Source of the DNA: an uncultured cyanobacterium
GTDB taxonomy: Bacteria > Cyanobacteriota > Cyanobacteriia > Leptolyngbyales > Leptolyngbyaceae
Direction of reading: 5' to 3'
Assembly: GCA_963766075.1 (NCBI GenBank)
Contig: CAVYAN010000022.1
Location: forward strand, 1-43,594
DNA: 43,594 nucleotides
This document shows, piece by piece, positions 1 through 9,291 of the stretch. A model generated the notes under the pieces. The model saw nothing but the letters and a program-made list of their open reading frames with translations, was not told the origin of the DNA and did no database searches. Every line of letters starts with the position of its first letter. Positions within the stretch are counted from its first letter, which is position 1. The translations under genes and the position numbers were made by a program.

Positions 1-89
1 CCATATAATTGGACTGACTTAACCATCCTAATCACCGAAAATCACTGAAATAGGATGCTTGTGTCATCCTAACACCCCTAAATTGACTG

Positions 90-155
90 TTTCGCATGAC
101 TCAATCATCCGAATCCCCTCGGATAGGTTATTTCGCATGACTCAATCATCCGAAT
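90..155. repeat. 25-bp perfect direct repeat, 2 copies (TTTCGCATGACTCAATCATCCGAAT)
   Basis: Identical copies at 90-114 and 131-155 in an AT-rich non-coding stretch. Confidence 0.85.
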
Positions 156-461
156 TCAGCAGTCATCTAAATTCTACAATCAGTGCCTAAAAAGCGGTCT
201 AAACTTTTAGAAAAGTTTTAGATGCAGACAGAAATACGAGTTCTTTATACTACTCAGTGTAAACTCTACTACTCGCTGGCTACCCGCAGGGGAGTGGAGT
301 TTAACAGCAATTGCCTTAGCCCCAGAGTTCGGAGAGCATCGCCCACCGGATGGCATTCCCCCATGTCCCCGGCCCGATCGCTGAGTTCATCGCGATCGCC
401 CCCTTCACCCAACGCCCCTACATTTCTGAGATAGCCACCACCCATCGCCTCAAAATAGGGC

Positions 462-490
462 TTGCAAAGTGCGGCGCAATTCGGTATTCT
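462..490 (+). promoter_or_regulatory. Putative sigma70-type promoter (-35 TTGCAA, 17-bp spacer, -10 TATTCT)
   Basis: TTGCAA 462-467 and TATTCT 485-490. The paralogous copy has an equivalent promoter at the same relative position (14962-14990). Confidence 0.6.
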
Positions 491-496
491 CTTGCG

Positions 497-682
497 TTAA
501 GGTGAGTGCGCTTAGGTTTAGCACTCGCCCAGACGCCCAAAGGCCATAGCCTCAAACGCGATCGCCCAGTGCTGGCAACCACCGAGCGATCGCTAACCCC
601 CAAGCTGAACAACCAGCATGGCGGCTTGTCACATTTTACAAGCCACCCTGCTCTGCAACGCATCGGGGTGGCTTTGGTTTTT
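497..682 (+). ncRNA. Structured leader / candidate ncRNA, copy 1 (three hairpins, last one terminator-like)
   Basis: Stems GGTGAGTGC/GCACTCGCC (501-529), a HIP1-armed hairpin (558-593) and AAGCCACCC/GGGTGGCTT (640-674) followed by a T-rich tail. All three are conserved in the copy at 14997-15190. Confidence 0.55.
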
Positions 683-721
683 GGGTTTCCCTCCCCTGCA
701 AACAAACAAGGAGACCCAATC

Positions 722-994
722 ATGACCACTCAACCCGTGAGTGATAGAAACGCCTGCGAAAACGCGCCTGCCGATTTCATTACCGCCCTTACCCAGCGCG
801 ACCCCGACTGGGTCAACCTCACCCTCACCGGCTCCCGCCCCGCCGTCACCGCCATGATCAACCTGCTGCATCAGGTGAATGTGATCGGAGCCAGCGAGTG
901 GAGCAAGGCCATTGCCCTTAAATCCAGTCCGATGATTATTCGGGTGGCCTCGCGGGGGATTGGCACGGGCGGTGGTGACGGGGTGACAAGGTGA
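722..994 (+). CDS. Small hypothetical protein (90 aa), cyanobacterial multi-copy type
   Basis: SD AAGGAG at 708-713 and ATG at 722. Core DWVNLTLTG..AVTAMINLLHQVNVIGASEWS is paralogous to the product at 15279-15446. Confidence 0.7.
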   Translation: MTTQPVSDRNACENAPADFITALTQRDPDWVNLTLTGSRPAVTAMINLLHQVNVIGASEWSKAIALKSSPMIIRVASRGIGTGGGDGVTR

Positions 995-1080
995 CAGGGT
1001 GATGGATAGGCGATCGCAACGGGCGATTTGCCGATGGCGGCTCAGGGGAAATCGGGCCGTGGCGCAGCGGCTGAGTTCCG

Positions 1081-1285
1081 AAAAAGAGGTTCTTCGTCCA
1101 CAAGAAGAGGCACTTGGTTCACAAGAAGAGGTTCTTCGTTAACAAAGTGAGCCTCTTCGTCCACAAGAAGAGGCTTTTCATCCACAACAGGAGGCACTTG
1201 GTTCACAAGAAGAGGCTCTTCGTTAACAAAGTGCAGTTCTTCGTCCACAAGAAGAGGCGCTTGGTTCACAAGAAGAGGTTTTTTG
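1081..1285. repeat. Degenerate 21-bp tandem array (9 full units + 1 partial; consensus about AAGAAGAGGNNCTTSGTYCAC)
   Basis: Units start at 1081, 1102, 1123, 1144, 1165, 1186, 1207, 1228, 1249 and 1270, with an 84-bp higher-order period. No unique spacers. Confidence 0.9.
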
Positions 1286-1351
1286 CCCGATCGCCCCCTT
1301 ACCCTGCGTAAAAACCCTGAACGTTCAGCCTAAACCCATAAAAATGGCATA

Positions 1352-1390
1352 CAGTAAATATCCCCCGGCACAGCCGAGGGATATTTACTG
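1352..1390. terminator. Long hairpin, REP-like or bidirectional terminator downstream of csbD
   Basis: CAGTAAATATCCC/GGGATATTTACTG perfect 13-bp stem plus an inner CGGC/GCCG stem. Confidence 0.55.
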
Positions 1391-1495
1391 CAATTATCAG
1401 ACTAGACTATTTTAGGATTTCACCGAGCTATCGGGATCACTGAACCGCGTATTTAGGGCGGTTGAAAGAAACACCGTTTCGGCAATCTCTAATTA

Positions 1496-1678
1496 CTAAT
1501 CAATGGCTTTTTTCACTTCGTCCTTAACATCTTCCGTTGCATGACGAACCTTTGCCTCGGCTTGTTTAGCCTTGCCTTCAGCCTTTTGTCGAGGATCGCC
1601 AGTGACTTCACCAACGATTTCTTGAGCCTTGCCTTCGACATTCTTAACCGTTGCCTTAATCCGATCTTCAGTACTCAT
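1496..1678 (-). CDS. csbD: CsbD family general stress protein
   Basis: 60 aa MSTEDRIKATVKNVEGKAQEIVGEVTGD..KAEGKAKQ, the typical CsbD pattern; SD AAGGAG upstream. Confidence 0.9.
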   Translation of the reverse strand: MSTEDRIKATVKNVEGKAQEIVGEVTGDPRQKAEGKAKQAEAKVRHATEDVKDEVKKAID

Positions 1679-1813
1679 AATGTTCTCCTTTTGTTAGTCC
1701 CAGTATTGATTTCTTGGGATATACCTACAGTATCGAAATTCTCAGGCTGACTCATCTACTGAAGGGTATGGTTTGTTCTCCATCTAAAGGGATAGACCAT
1801 TCTCATCCCCTTG

Positions 1814-2596
1814 TTAGACAGCTACTTTTGCCTTTGACCAAACACCCTTTTCATCCTCATCAAATTGCTGATGAATGGCTTTCCAGGCCGCCTGTTCAGC
1901 CTTCATTTCATCACCCTGCTCACTGAATGCAGCGTTATAAACTTGCATAAAAACCGCCTGAGCTTCCGGAGACAAATGGTTGATCACTTCAGGGGACAGA
2001 TCCTTCAAGCTATTGCAGCGCCCCATACAGGCCCGTGGTAAGGCCGTCTCACTAGCATGAATATCTTCACCACCGACCCCCTCCAGCAGCAATTGATACT
2101 CTCCGGCGCGATCGCTCGGCACTTCCACCATTAAAACAAACTCACCCGCCTGTAACCGGGTTTGATAAATAGCGGCCTGCTTCTCCGGCATGCCCAGGGC
2201 CATCAGCACCGAGACCAGACCCGCACCCGCACTGCCCGCGATCGCCCCACTGGCCGCACCCAGTAATAGAGCACTAATAGGCCCTGCCGCCACAACTGGC
2301 CCCACAAAGGGAATAAACAGCACCCCAATACCGGACAGCAGACTCAGAAAAGAGCCAAACAACGAACCGAACACAGCCCCGTTTCGCAGCCCTCCCAAAA
2401 TCACATCTTGCTTTGAGATAAACCCAGTAATCCGGGTTTGCGATTGGAAGTTGCGCCCCATCACGGAAATATGATCGTTAGCGATACCGCGTTCAATCAA
2501 CCGACGAATGGTGCTATCCACGTCACTTTCGGTCTTAAAAATCGCGGAAATAGTACGCTCCGCTTTATCCTGTGCAGATCCCTGTACAGACATCAT
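1814..2596 (-). CDS. General-stress (17M/YflT-like) membrane protein with C-terminal ChaB domain
   Basis: Gly-rich hydrophobic hairpin ([12 protein letters not shown]) and C-terminal [16 protein letters not shown]...[18 protein letters not shown] typical of ChaB. Confidence 0.8.
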   Translation of the reverse strand: MMSVQGSAQDKAERTISAIFKTESDVDSTIRRLIERGIANDHISVMGRNFQSQTRITGFISKQDVILGGLRNGAVFGSLFGSFLSLLSGIGVLFIPFVGPVVAAGPISALLLGAASGAIAGSAGAGLVSVLMALGMPEKQAAIYQTRLQAGEFVLMVEVPSDRAGEYQLLLEGVGGEDIHASETALPRACMGRCNSLKDLSPEVINHLSPEAQAVFMQVYNAAFSEQGDEMKAEQAAWKAIHQQFDEDEKGVWSKAKVAV

Positions 2597-2643
2597 TCAT
2601 CCTCCTGAAATTGTTGATAAAAGAGTGAGATGGGAAAATGGCC

Positions 2644-3186
2644 CTACACGCCAACCGCAGCCTTTTTGCTGAGGGTAGGTTGACTACCGTTAGGCGCAAC
2701 CGCTTCGCCTTCAATAAACGATCGCAGCATCCACGCCATTTGCTCATGCTGCTCCATTAATCCCGTCAAGAAATCAGCCGTCCCTTCATCGTGAAAGTCT
2801 TCGGTACAGGCATCAATATGTTGGCGCAAGCTCCGAATAATCTGTTCGTGATCATCGACTAATTGCACCACCATATCCGTTGTGGAAGGCACAGCGCCCG
2901 CTTGCTCCTTCAGGGAGGTAAGTTTCAGGAATCCCTCTAGCGTGCCCACGGGATATCCCCCTAAGGTCCGCACCCGTTCTGCGCAAGCATCAATACTTTG
3001 GCCCAAAATTTCGTATTGCTCTTCCCATAGCTGATGCAGGGTTCGAAATTGAGGACCGATCACATCCCAGTGATATTTTTTTGTTTTGACCAGCAGTAGA
3101 TAAGCATCCGCCAAGTCATGATTGAGCAGATCAATAACACCCTGTCTTTGTTTATCGGTCAGACCAATGTTGATACTACGACTCAT
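2644..3186 (-). CDS. dps: Dps family DNA-protection ferritin-like protein
   Basis: KTKKYHWDVIGPQFRTLHQLWEEQY...DACAERVR and HEQMAWML motifs; ATG 3186 preceded by GGAG. Confidence 0.92.
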   Translation of the reverse strand: MSRSINIGLTDKQRQGVIDLLNHDLADAYLLLVKTKKYHWDVIGPQFRTLHQLWEEQYEILGQSIDACAERVRTLGGYPVGTLEGFLKLTSLKEQAGAVPSTTDMVVQLVDDHEQIIRSLRQHIDACTEDFHDEGTADFLTGLMEQHEQMAWMLRSFIEGEAVAPNGSQPTLSKKAAVGV

Positions 3187-3432
3187 GGCTGTATTCTCCA
3201 ATTACTTCAGTTAGTCCCACACCTTATCAGTGAACCAAAAATAGTTCTTAGAAGTATCACTCCAAAGCATGACTATCTCAAAACTTGGATCTCTGCCTTA
3301 ATGCAGATTCTTATTCAAAATTCCAGCATTCTGATGATCGATTTGACGATTTCTATCGACCTGTCCCTAGAGGATGTTTTAAAGGGTTCGAGATGAAACA
3401 TCCGTAACTACTCAACTTGTGCCATCCGTTGC

Positions 3433-3519
3433 ACCCACCCCTAGCCCCTCCCAGGAGGGGAATGCTCGAAAATATCCCCGCCTGGGAGGGGTGCCCGTAG
3501 GGCGGGGTGGGTCAAACTC
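3433..3519. repeat. Short dispersed palindromic repeat (MITE/SDR-like), copy A
   Basis: ACCCACCCC...GGGGTGGGT inverted termini and internal CCCCTCC/GGAGGGG stems; second copy at 5199-5287. Confidence 0.8.
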
Positions 3520-3569
3520 GGCAACTACAGAGAGGCGATCGCGATCGCTGAGTAGTTACAAACATCCTC

Positions 3570-5096
3570 TTATTTTTTCGGAACCCAGACAGACACGGAA
3601 CCACCGTTACAGCGGAATTCGCCCCAGCCGTCGTCATTCGTCACCACAGGCTCGTGGATATGTTCAGTAATATCGATGTACGTGCAGTTAGGCTGACCCA
3701 CTTCCATAGATTTATTGCCATCCGCTCCATTGCTTACAATCACCGCCATGCCGCCGGGATGCTCGGCGTCTCCCAAACGAGTCCAGCCAATGGTGTTGGC
3801 ATGGTCGAAGTAATCATACTGATCGCCATAGGCATAGGTCTGGCGTGCCAATAAGAATTTATCCAGCAGAAATTGGTGCTGTTCTAACCAAATTTCGCAC
3901 ATATTGCCATCATGTCCCGCGTCCTCATAATGCGCTCCGTAGTAGTCCCCATAAAAGATACAGGGATATCCGTCACGGCGCAGCAAGATCAAGGCATAGG
4001 CGATGGGTTTAAACCAAGCTTCAACAATGGATTCCAGGGATTGTAGCGGCTGCGAATCGTGATTTTCGACCAAGGTTACCGCTAGAGCGGGCTGCTGCTG
4101 CACCAAGGTATTATCGAAAATCTGGCGCATATCATAGTCACTGCCAGACGTGCTCGCGACATGGAAATTGTAATGGAGAGGGGCATCGAAGAGAGAGACC
4201 TTGCCATCGGTAGACTCAATAAAGTGGTGTAAAGCTTCCACGGCGTAGGACCAGTACTCGCCTACCGCAAACAAATCACGTTTCGCATAGCGGCGGACAT
4301 GCTCTAGCCATTGTTGAAAGAATTCAGCGGAGACATGCTTTACTGCATCAAATCGGAAGCCATCCACTCCGGTTGTGTCGATATACCACTCCCCCCAGTA
4401 CTTTAATTCTCCGGTGACTTCGGGGTGCTCCATATCCAGATCACACCCCATCAAGTAATCAAAGTTGCCTTTCTCGAGGTCAACATTGTCATCAAAAGAT
4501 TTACCTTTCAGGAGATAAACGGCATGCTCATCGGTGTTGTAAGCATTGTAATCAATCGCATCAAAGTGCCACCAATGCCATTCCATCGTCGAGTACTTCC
4601 CTTGGCGACCCGGAAACGTAAAATGCGTCCAGGCATTGATGGTTTGATAGTCACCCATGGGGGTGGTGCGATCGTCAGGATTAAAGGGCGTTGCCTCCAC
4701 GTCTTCGGCTAGATCAGCACCCATCTTATGATTAAAGACAACATCCGCGTAGACCTGAATCCCCGCAGATTGGAGCGTTTGAATGGCCTGGAGATACTCA
4801 TCTTTAGTGCCATATTTTGTCCGAATTGATCCTTTTTGGTCGAACTCACCCAAATCAAATAGGTCATAAACGCCATACCCCACATCGTAGCCGCCCCCGG
4901 TACCTTTGTAGGCGGGCGGTAGCCAGACAGAGGTAATGCCAACCTTCGCCAAGGCTTCGGCTTTTTCTGTGAGGTCATTCCACAGGCTGCCATCATCCGC
5001 TGTATACCAGTGGAAATATTGCATCATGACGCCATTGGGCTGAGACATAAAATCGTTCACTCCATCGTGAGGACTAGGGTAATTATTATTAGGCAA
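3570..5096 (-). CDS. amyA: Cytoplasmic alpha-amylase, GH13 (AmyA/AmyS-like)
   Basis: NGVMMQYFHWY, DVVFNH, GFRFDAVKH, VGEYW and VENHDSQP conserved regions. True start may be a downstream Met. Confidence 0.92.
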   Translation of the reverse strand: MPNNNYPSPHDGVNDFMSQPNGVMMQYFHWYTADDGSLWNDLTEKAEALAKVGITSVWLPPAYKGTGGGYDVGYGVYDLFDLGEFDQKGSIRTKYGTKDEYLQAIQTLQSAGIQVYADVVFNHKMGADLAEDVEATPFNPDDRTTPMGDYQTINAWTHFTFPGRQGKYSTMEWHWWHFDAIDYNAYNTDEHAVYLLKGKSFDDNVDLEKGNFDYLMGCDLDMEHPEVTGELKYWGEWYIDTTGVDGFRFDAVKHVSAEFFQQWLEHVRRYAKRDLFAVGEYWSYAVEALHHFIESTDGKVSLFDAPLHYNFHVASTSGSDYDMRQIFDNTLVQQQPALAVTLVENHDSQPLQSLESIVEAWFKPIAYALILLRRDGYPCIFYGDYYGAHYEDAGHDGNMCEIWLEQHQFLLDKFLLARQTYAYGDQYDYFDHANTIGWTRLGDAEHPGGMAVIVSNGADGNKSMEVGQPNCTYIDITEHIHEPVVTNDDGWGEFRCNGGSVSVWVPKK

Positions 5097-5198
5097 TAGA
5101 TAGGAAATAGATAGGCAATAGAGAGTGAATTACCATCACTCGGTGCTATCCACATTACGTAAGAGACTTCCAAGAAATAAATAGTGCCTATAGGGGCC

Positions 5199-5287
5199 TT
5201 GACCCACCCCTAACCCCTCCTAGGAGGGAATTGGTCCGAAAATCCCCTCCTGGAAGGGGTGCCCGTAGGGCGGGGTGGGTCAAACTC
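5199..5287. repeat. Short dispersed palindromic repeat (MITE/SDR-like), copy B
   Basis: 12-bp perfect terminal inverted repeats TTGACCCACCCC/GGGGTGGGTCAA (5199-5283); homologous to 3433-3519. Confidence 0.8.
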
Positions 5288-5517
5288 TGCCATCTCAGCC
5301 CACCTAGCGCGATCGCTGGGTCATTACGTGGGATGGTTATTTCCTTGGAAGTCCCTAAGGGTAAAGCATGTGGATTTAGGCGTAGGATGGGCGAAGCATG
5401 CGGATTTAGCTTTGGCATCACCTGCTGCGCCTCGGTGGGGAGCGTTCTTTTGCGGCATGGTTACTTCCATAGAAGCTCCTAAGAGCAATTTCCCGCTCCC
5501 CGATTCAAGCAAGGCGA

Positions 5518-6549
5518 CTACTGCAAATTAGCCGCTAGCTTGTCTTGTAGTTGGCTTTTAGCCGTTTTGAATTGCGTAGCCAGCGCTTCGCGTTGAGTAT
5601 CGTTGAGATTCTCGCGAATTTTGGCAAACATATCGCGTTCTTCTTGACGAACGTGATCGATCACTGCGTCCTTTAACCGTTGAATTTCAGACTTAAACTC
5701 TGATGTTGCCGGATTCAGCGATCGCAGCGACTGAAGCATAATCTTCATCTCAGCCTGATCGTCATACAGCGCCTGAGTGTCTTTATAGAAGGGACGAACG
5801 GCGGGGTAAACCACTTGCTCTTCTGCTTCTGCATGAACACTCAGATCTTTGTAGAGCTGACCAAAATATTCTTGGATTTTGTTAGGCTCGTCAGTGTGCT
5901 CAATCTGCTCAAACAGCTTATTTACCTTGGTGTGATCTAGATGAATGATGCCTTGAATATCTAATTCATCATCTATTCGACTGGCCGCACTCCCCACGAC
6001 ACCCGTCAGGGCAGCAATAGAGTCTTGCACCCTTGCCCAAAGTCCTTGCTCGGCCCGCTGTCCTGTCATTTCCTCCACACCCAGCACTTCCAGGATGCCC
6101 TTCATCTGTTCTTGGTGAGCGCGATTTTCAAAGTTGACCACATTCAGGGGCTTAATCGCCGACTCTACATCGGTGCCGACCACCTGGGCCGCTTTATGGA
6201 TCAGAAGTCCACTCATCACTTGTTGGTGCTTGAGCAGTTCATGTTCAAATGCCTTTTCGTAGAGGCTTAGATCGGAACCTTCCATGGTGTGCTGCACCTG
6301 TTTAAGCATCGTGGATACTGTTTTTTCGGGCTCAGACTTCAGCCCATATTGGACAATCACGGTATCCAGAATGCCAAGGTTTTTCCGGTCGTCTGCCAGC
6401 ATCTTTTCCAGGCGATCGCGGATTTCTGTGTCTGTACAACTTGACATCAACGTTTGCTCATTGGCAATCAAAAGGTTTTGCACCGCTTTCATGCTTGCCA
6501 GTTTGCCAGCGATCGCAGTCCGTTTAGCGTCATCAAGAGTCGTGACCAT
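5518..6549 (-). CDS. Hemerythrin (HHE) domain protein with ferritin-like N-terminal domain
   Basis: DH..V..LF, HAEAEEQVVYP and HVRQEE motifs; N-terminus MVTTLDDAKRTAIA is typical of this cyanobacterial family. Confidence 0.88.
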   Translation of the reverse strand: MVTTLDDAKRTAIAGKLASMKAVQNLLIANEQTLMSSCTDTEIRDRLEKMLADDRKNLGILDTVIVQYGLKSEPEKTVSTMLKQVQHTMEGSDLSLYEKAFEHELLKHQQVMSGLLIHKAAQVVGTDVESAIKPLNVVNFENRAHQEQMKGILEVLGVEEMTGQRAEQGLWARVQDSIAALTGVVGSAASRIDDELDIQGIIHLDHTKVNKLFEQIEHTDEPNKIQEYFGQLYKDLSVHAEAEEQVVYPAVRPFYKDTQALYDDQAEMKIMLQSLRSLNPATSEFKSEIQRLKDAVIDHVRQEERDMFAKIRENLNDTQREALATQFKTAKSQLQDKLAANLQ

Positions 6550-6862
6550 TTTGCTTCTCTCCTAGATAAGTTATGAGTCGAATTGCGTACGTAAACTGCT
6601 GCACACGTCTTCAACTTAATTCACAAGCTCTTAGGACTCTTCTATCAATTGATAGATTAACTAGAAAATCTAAACACTGAATCTCACAACGCAGAATTTC
6701 ATACCCGCCTAAATATTCGGCAATCAGCTTCGCGGGATGCCGCATCGCGCTGCTTGGCAAGGCGATCGGCAAGATCCGTGATGCGGGCCTGTCCATACAA
6801 GCTGATCATGGCACTGATCACAGCCACCCCAGCGGCGACAATGGCGGTGATAATTTCAGGTT

Positions 6863-8905
6863 TCATCGGGATTTCTGCCAGGTGGCAAGGCGCTGTTGAG
6901 CCTGGGCATAGGCAGCAGTACCCGTCGGAATCCGCTGGAGCAAGCGAATCGCTCCCGGCAAATCATACCCCGCCTGACTGTCCGCCATGTTCAGCAGTTG
7001 GTTGCTCCACTCCGCGATCGCCCCTTCAGCCTCGGCCCGCAGATCGCTGACCGTGGGCACTTGCTCCGCTAACTGAATCGCCCGGATCAAGCCATCGGCA
7101 GAGGCAGAATTAGCCGCCGAGCGTGCCGACTCCAAGCTTTGTTGCGCCGCACCCCGCACCGCCTGTGATTGGATTTGCTTTTGCCAGGTGCGGATATCGG
7201 CTTGGGCCTCAGCAGAAAGCGATCGCCCAGAGCCAATGGACTGGGCCGTGGCGATCGCCCCATTCAAGTCCCCAACCCCGGCTAAAGCCCGCGCCCGGTC
7301 CATCGTGGGTTGATCTTCATAGCGCTGAATTTGTCCCGTCCAGTCAGCAATTTTGGCCTGCGCTTCCCCAGCCAGGGCACGTCCCGGTCCAATGTTGCGG
7401 GCCACCGTGATGGCCGCCTGTAGCGCGCTGACATCACCACTGGTAGCCAAGGCGACCGCTTGGTCCAAAATAGGGCGGTCCTCACTGCTTTGTACCTGCT
7501 TGGTCCATCCCGATACTTCTTGATTCACCTGTCGCCAGCGGGGATTACTGGGAGAAATCTGAGACGCTTGGGCGATCGCCGCCGCCAAATCCGCCATACT
7601 GCCGCCTTGAGCCAAAGCACGGGCTTTTTCCAGTTGGGAAACGGCCTCAATTTCAAGCTGCCATTGGGCAATCAGCCGCTGGGCCTTGGCGAATAGGGGG
7701 CGATCGCGACCAATCCGTTGGGCCTGGGCGATCGCCTCCTCCATCGAAGCAGGCGAATCCTTCCACATCTGAGACTGGGCATTCGCCAACAGGGCCAGGT
7801 CCCGCGCTTGTTCCTTGACGTTTCCCACATCGGGCAACTGATCCAAAATCGCTAAGGCTCCGTCCAAATCGCGCCGATTCAAATTGGCCTCCGCCACCTC
7901 GATCAACCGATTGGCAAATTTGGGCAGTAAGTTCTGAGCCCGCTCGAAGAGCAGACTGTTGGGGCTAATGGCCTGAGCTAATTTAATCGCTTCCAGAAGG
8001 TTTTTGCTGCCCCCTTCTTCAGCTAACCGCTCAGCGCGGCCCAGCTTGCTGCCATCTTCTCGCGTTTGCGTAATTTTGGCGCTCAGTTCCTCATACTTAG
8101 TCGTTTGCCAATACCGATTGTCCACATCCGTCAAGCGGACCGCAAGGCTAAAGGCTTCGCGCCAGTCCATTTTGCGCAGGGCCGCTTCTGCCTTTTGATA
8201 CCACGCTTCGGCTTGGCCCCACACTTTTTCCCAGCGCTGTATCCGGGCTTCCACCAGCTTGGAAGCCGCTGTTTTGGCAGGAATTTGGCGTGCTGCGGCA
8301 ATGGCGTCCTGTAATTTTCCATTGTGAAAGGTTTCTTCCGCCAGATTCAACACATCAGTGGACCACAGCTCAACCAGGCGATCGGCCTCGGCACGCAGGG
8401 GATGATCGGCAGGCAGGGAATCCACCAGCTTGATAGCTTCCAGTAAATCCTGGGCGGTTTGCTTGCTGGCGGCAATTTGGGCACATTGCATGCGCATGGA
8501 GGCAGAGGCAAAGGGCCAAAAAATGGCAGGGCAATTGGGCAAGGTCGGTAGGTGCAGCAACAACGCCAGAGCCAAACCGCCGCTGCCCACACAGACGAAA
8601 ATGCCTAAGGTGAGCCAAAGTTGCCATTTGTGTAACCAGGTGGCTCGATCAAGCCAGGAGGGGGGCACTTCGGGCACGGCCAGGGTGGTGGCACGGGCTA
8701 GGGCCGTAGCGCGGGGGGGCGCGGGGGGCGGTAAGGAAACATCGGCCCAGGGATCGGCCAATGGATCGACTTTACGCTGGGGAAGTTGCGGAGGTCGCGG
8801 GGCGGCACTTTGACTGACATTTTGACTGACATTTTGACTGGGCAAGCCATTTCGCCCTGGCTGTAGGCGATCGCGACGCTGAGAATGGTTTTGATCTTTA
8901 GTCAT
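6863..8905 (-). CDS. Conserved cyanobacterial single-pass membrane protein with helical repeats (often labelled 'chromosome segregation ATPase')
   Basis: 680-aa ORF with Pro-rich N-terminus, TM helix, LPNCPAIFWP..SASMRMQCAQ motif and repeated AIA.A..I.....L..EAQ..I..W units. No P-loop visible. Confidence 0.75.
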   Translation of the reverse strand: MTKDQNHSQRRDRLQPGRNGLPSQNVSQNVSQSAAPRPPQLPQRKVDPLADPWADVSLPPPAPPRATALARATTLAVPEVPPSWLDRATWLHKWQLWLTLGIFVCVGSGGLALALLLHLPTLPNCPAIFWPFASASMRMQCAQIAASKQTAQDLLEAIKLVDSLPADHPLRAEADRLVELWSTDVLNLAEETFHNGKLQDAIAAARQIPAKTAASKLVEARIQRWEKVWGQAEAWYQKAEAALRKMDWREAFSLAVRLTDVDNRYWQTTKYEELSAKITQTREDGSKLGRAERLAEEGGSKNLLEAIKLAQAISPNSLLFERAQNLLPKFANRLIEVAEANLNRRDLDGALAILDQLPDVGNVKEQARDLALLANAQSQMWKDSPASMEEAIAQAQRIGRDRPLFAKAQRLIAQWQLEIEAVSQLEKARALAQGGSMADLAAAIAQASQISPSNPRWRQVNQEVSGWTKQVQSSEDRPILDQAVALATSGDVSALQAAITVARNIGPGRALAGEAQAKIADWTGQIQRYEDQPTMDRARALAGVGDLNGAIATAQSIGSGRSLSAEAQADIRTWQKQIQSQAVRGAAQQSLESARSAANSASADGLIRAIQLAEQVPTVSDLRAEAEGAIAEWSNQLLNMADSQAGYDLPGAIRLLQRIPTGTAAYAQAQQRLATWQKSR

Positions 8906-9161
8906 AGTCGTAACAAGAGCGGCAGCACCGCACTAAACTCCCGAAGCCACACCAACTCATCCGCATTCAGTCCACGGTCAATCAATCACGTCTATCCGCT
9001 CCATCCTGTTTAATCAATCCTGCTCAATCAATATAGACGTATCTGGCTCAGAGATGCATCCGCACTGCAATCCGGATCCCCTGCTCCACTACCAACCGGC
9101 AATTCCGACACCTACTATAGACCCATCCGGTCAAATGGGCACAGGCAACTCTTGGTTTCGT

Positions 9162-9228
9162 CCCCATAGCCCCCCAAGTCTGGGGGAAACCGAATCGAAA
9201 GCCCACCAGATTTGGGGGGTTGGGGGGC
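9162..9228. repeat. Short dispersed palindromic repeat (CCCCCAAG..TGGGGG type)
   Basis: C-run/G-run inverted pairs immediately upstream of the truncated gene at 9292. Confidence 0.6.
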
Positions 9229-9291
9229 TTTCCAGAAATGATGTAAGCAAGGTTTAAGCAAACACAGATCTGGCACCCTGTCGTGGGCTGA

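Noticed and set aside
506..721. N-terminal extension of the 506-994 ORF
   Set aside because: The SD and ATG at 722 and the paralog indicate the shorter gene; the upstream part behaves as a structured leader.
1081..1285. Possible CRISPR array
   Set aside because: Units are contiguous and degenerate with no unique spacers, and there are no cas genes in the window.
1042..1311. ORFs 1042-1269(-) and 1114-1311(+) as real proteins
   Set aside because: They are open only because the repeat period is a multiple of three; no convincing SD or start codon.
5324..5512. Small ORF between amyA and the hemerythrin gene
   Set aside because: No recognisable motif; it overlaps a short local repeat and coding support is weak.
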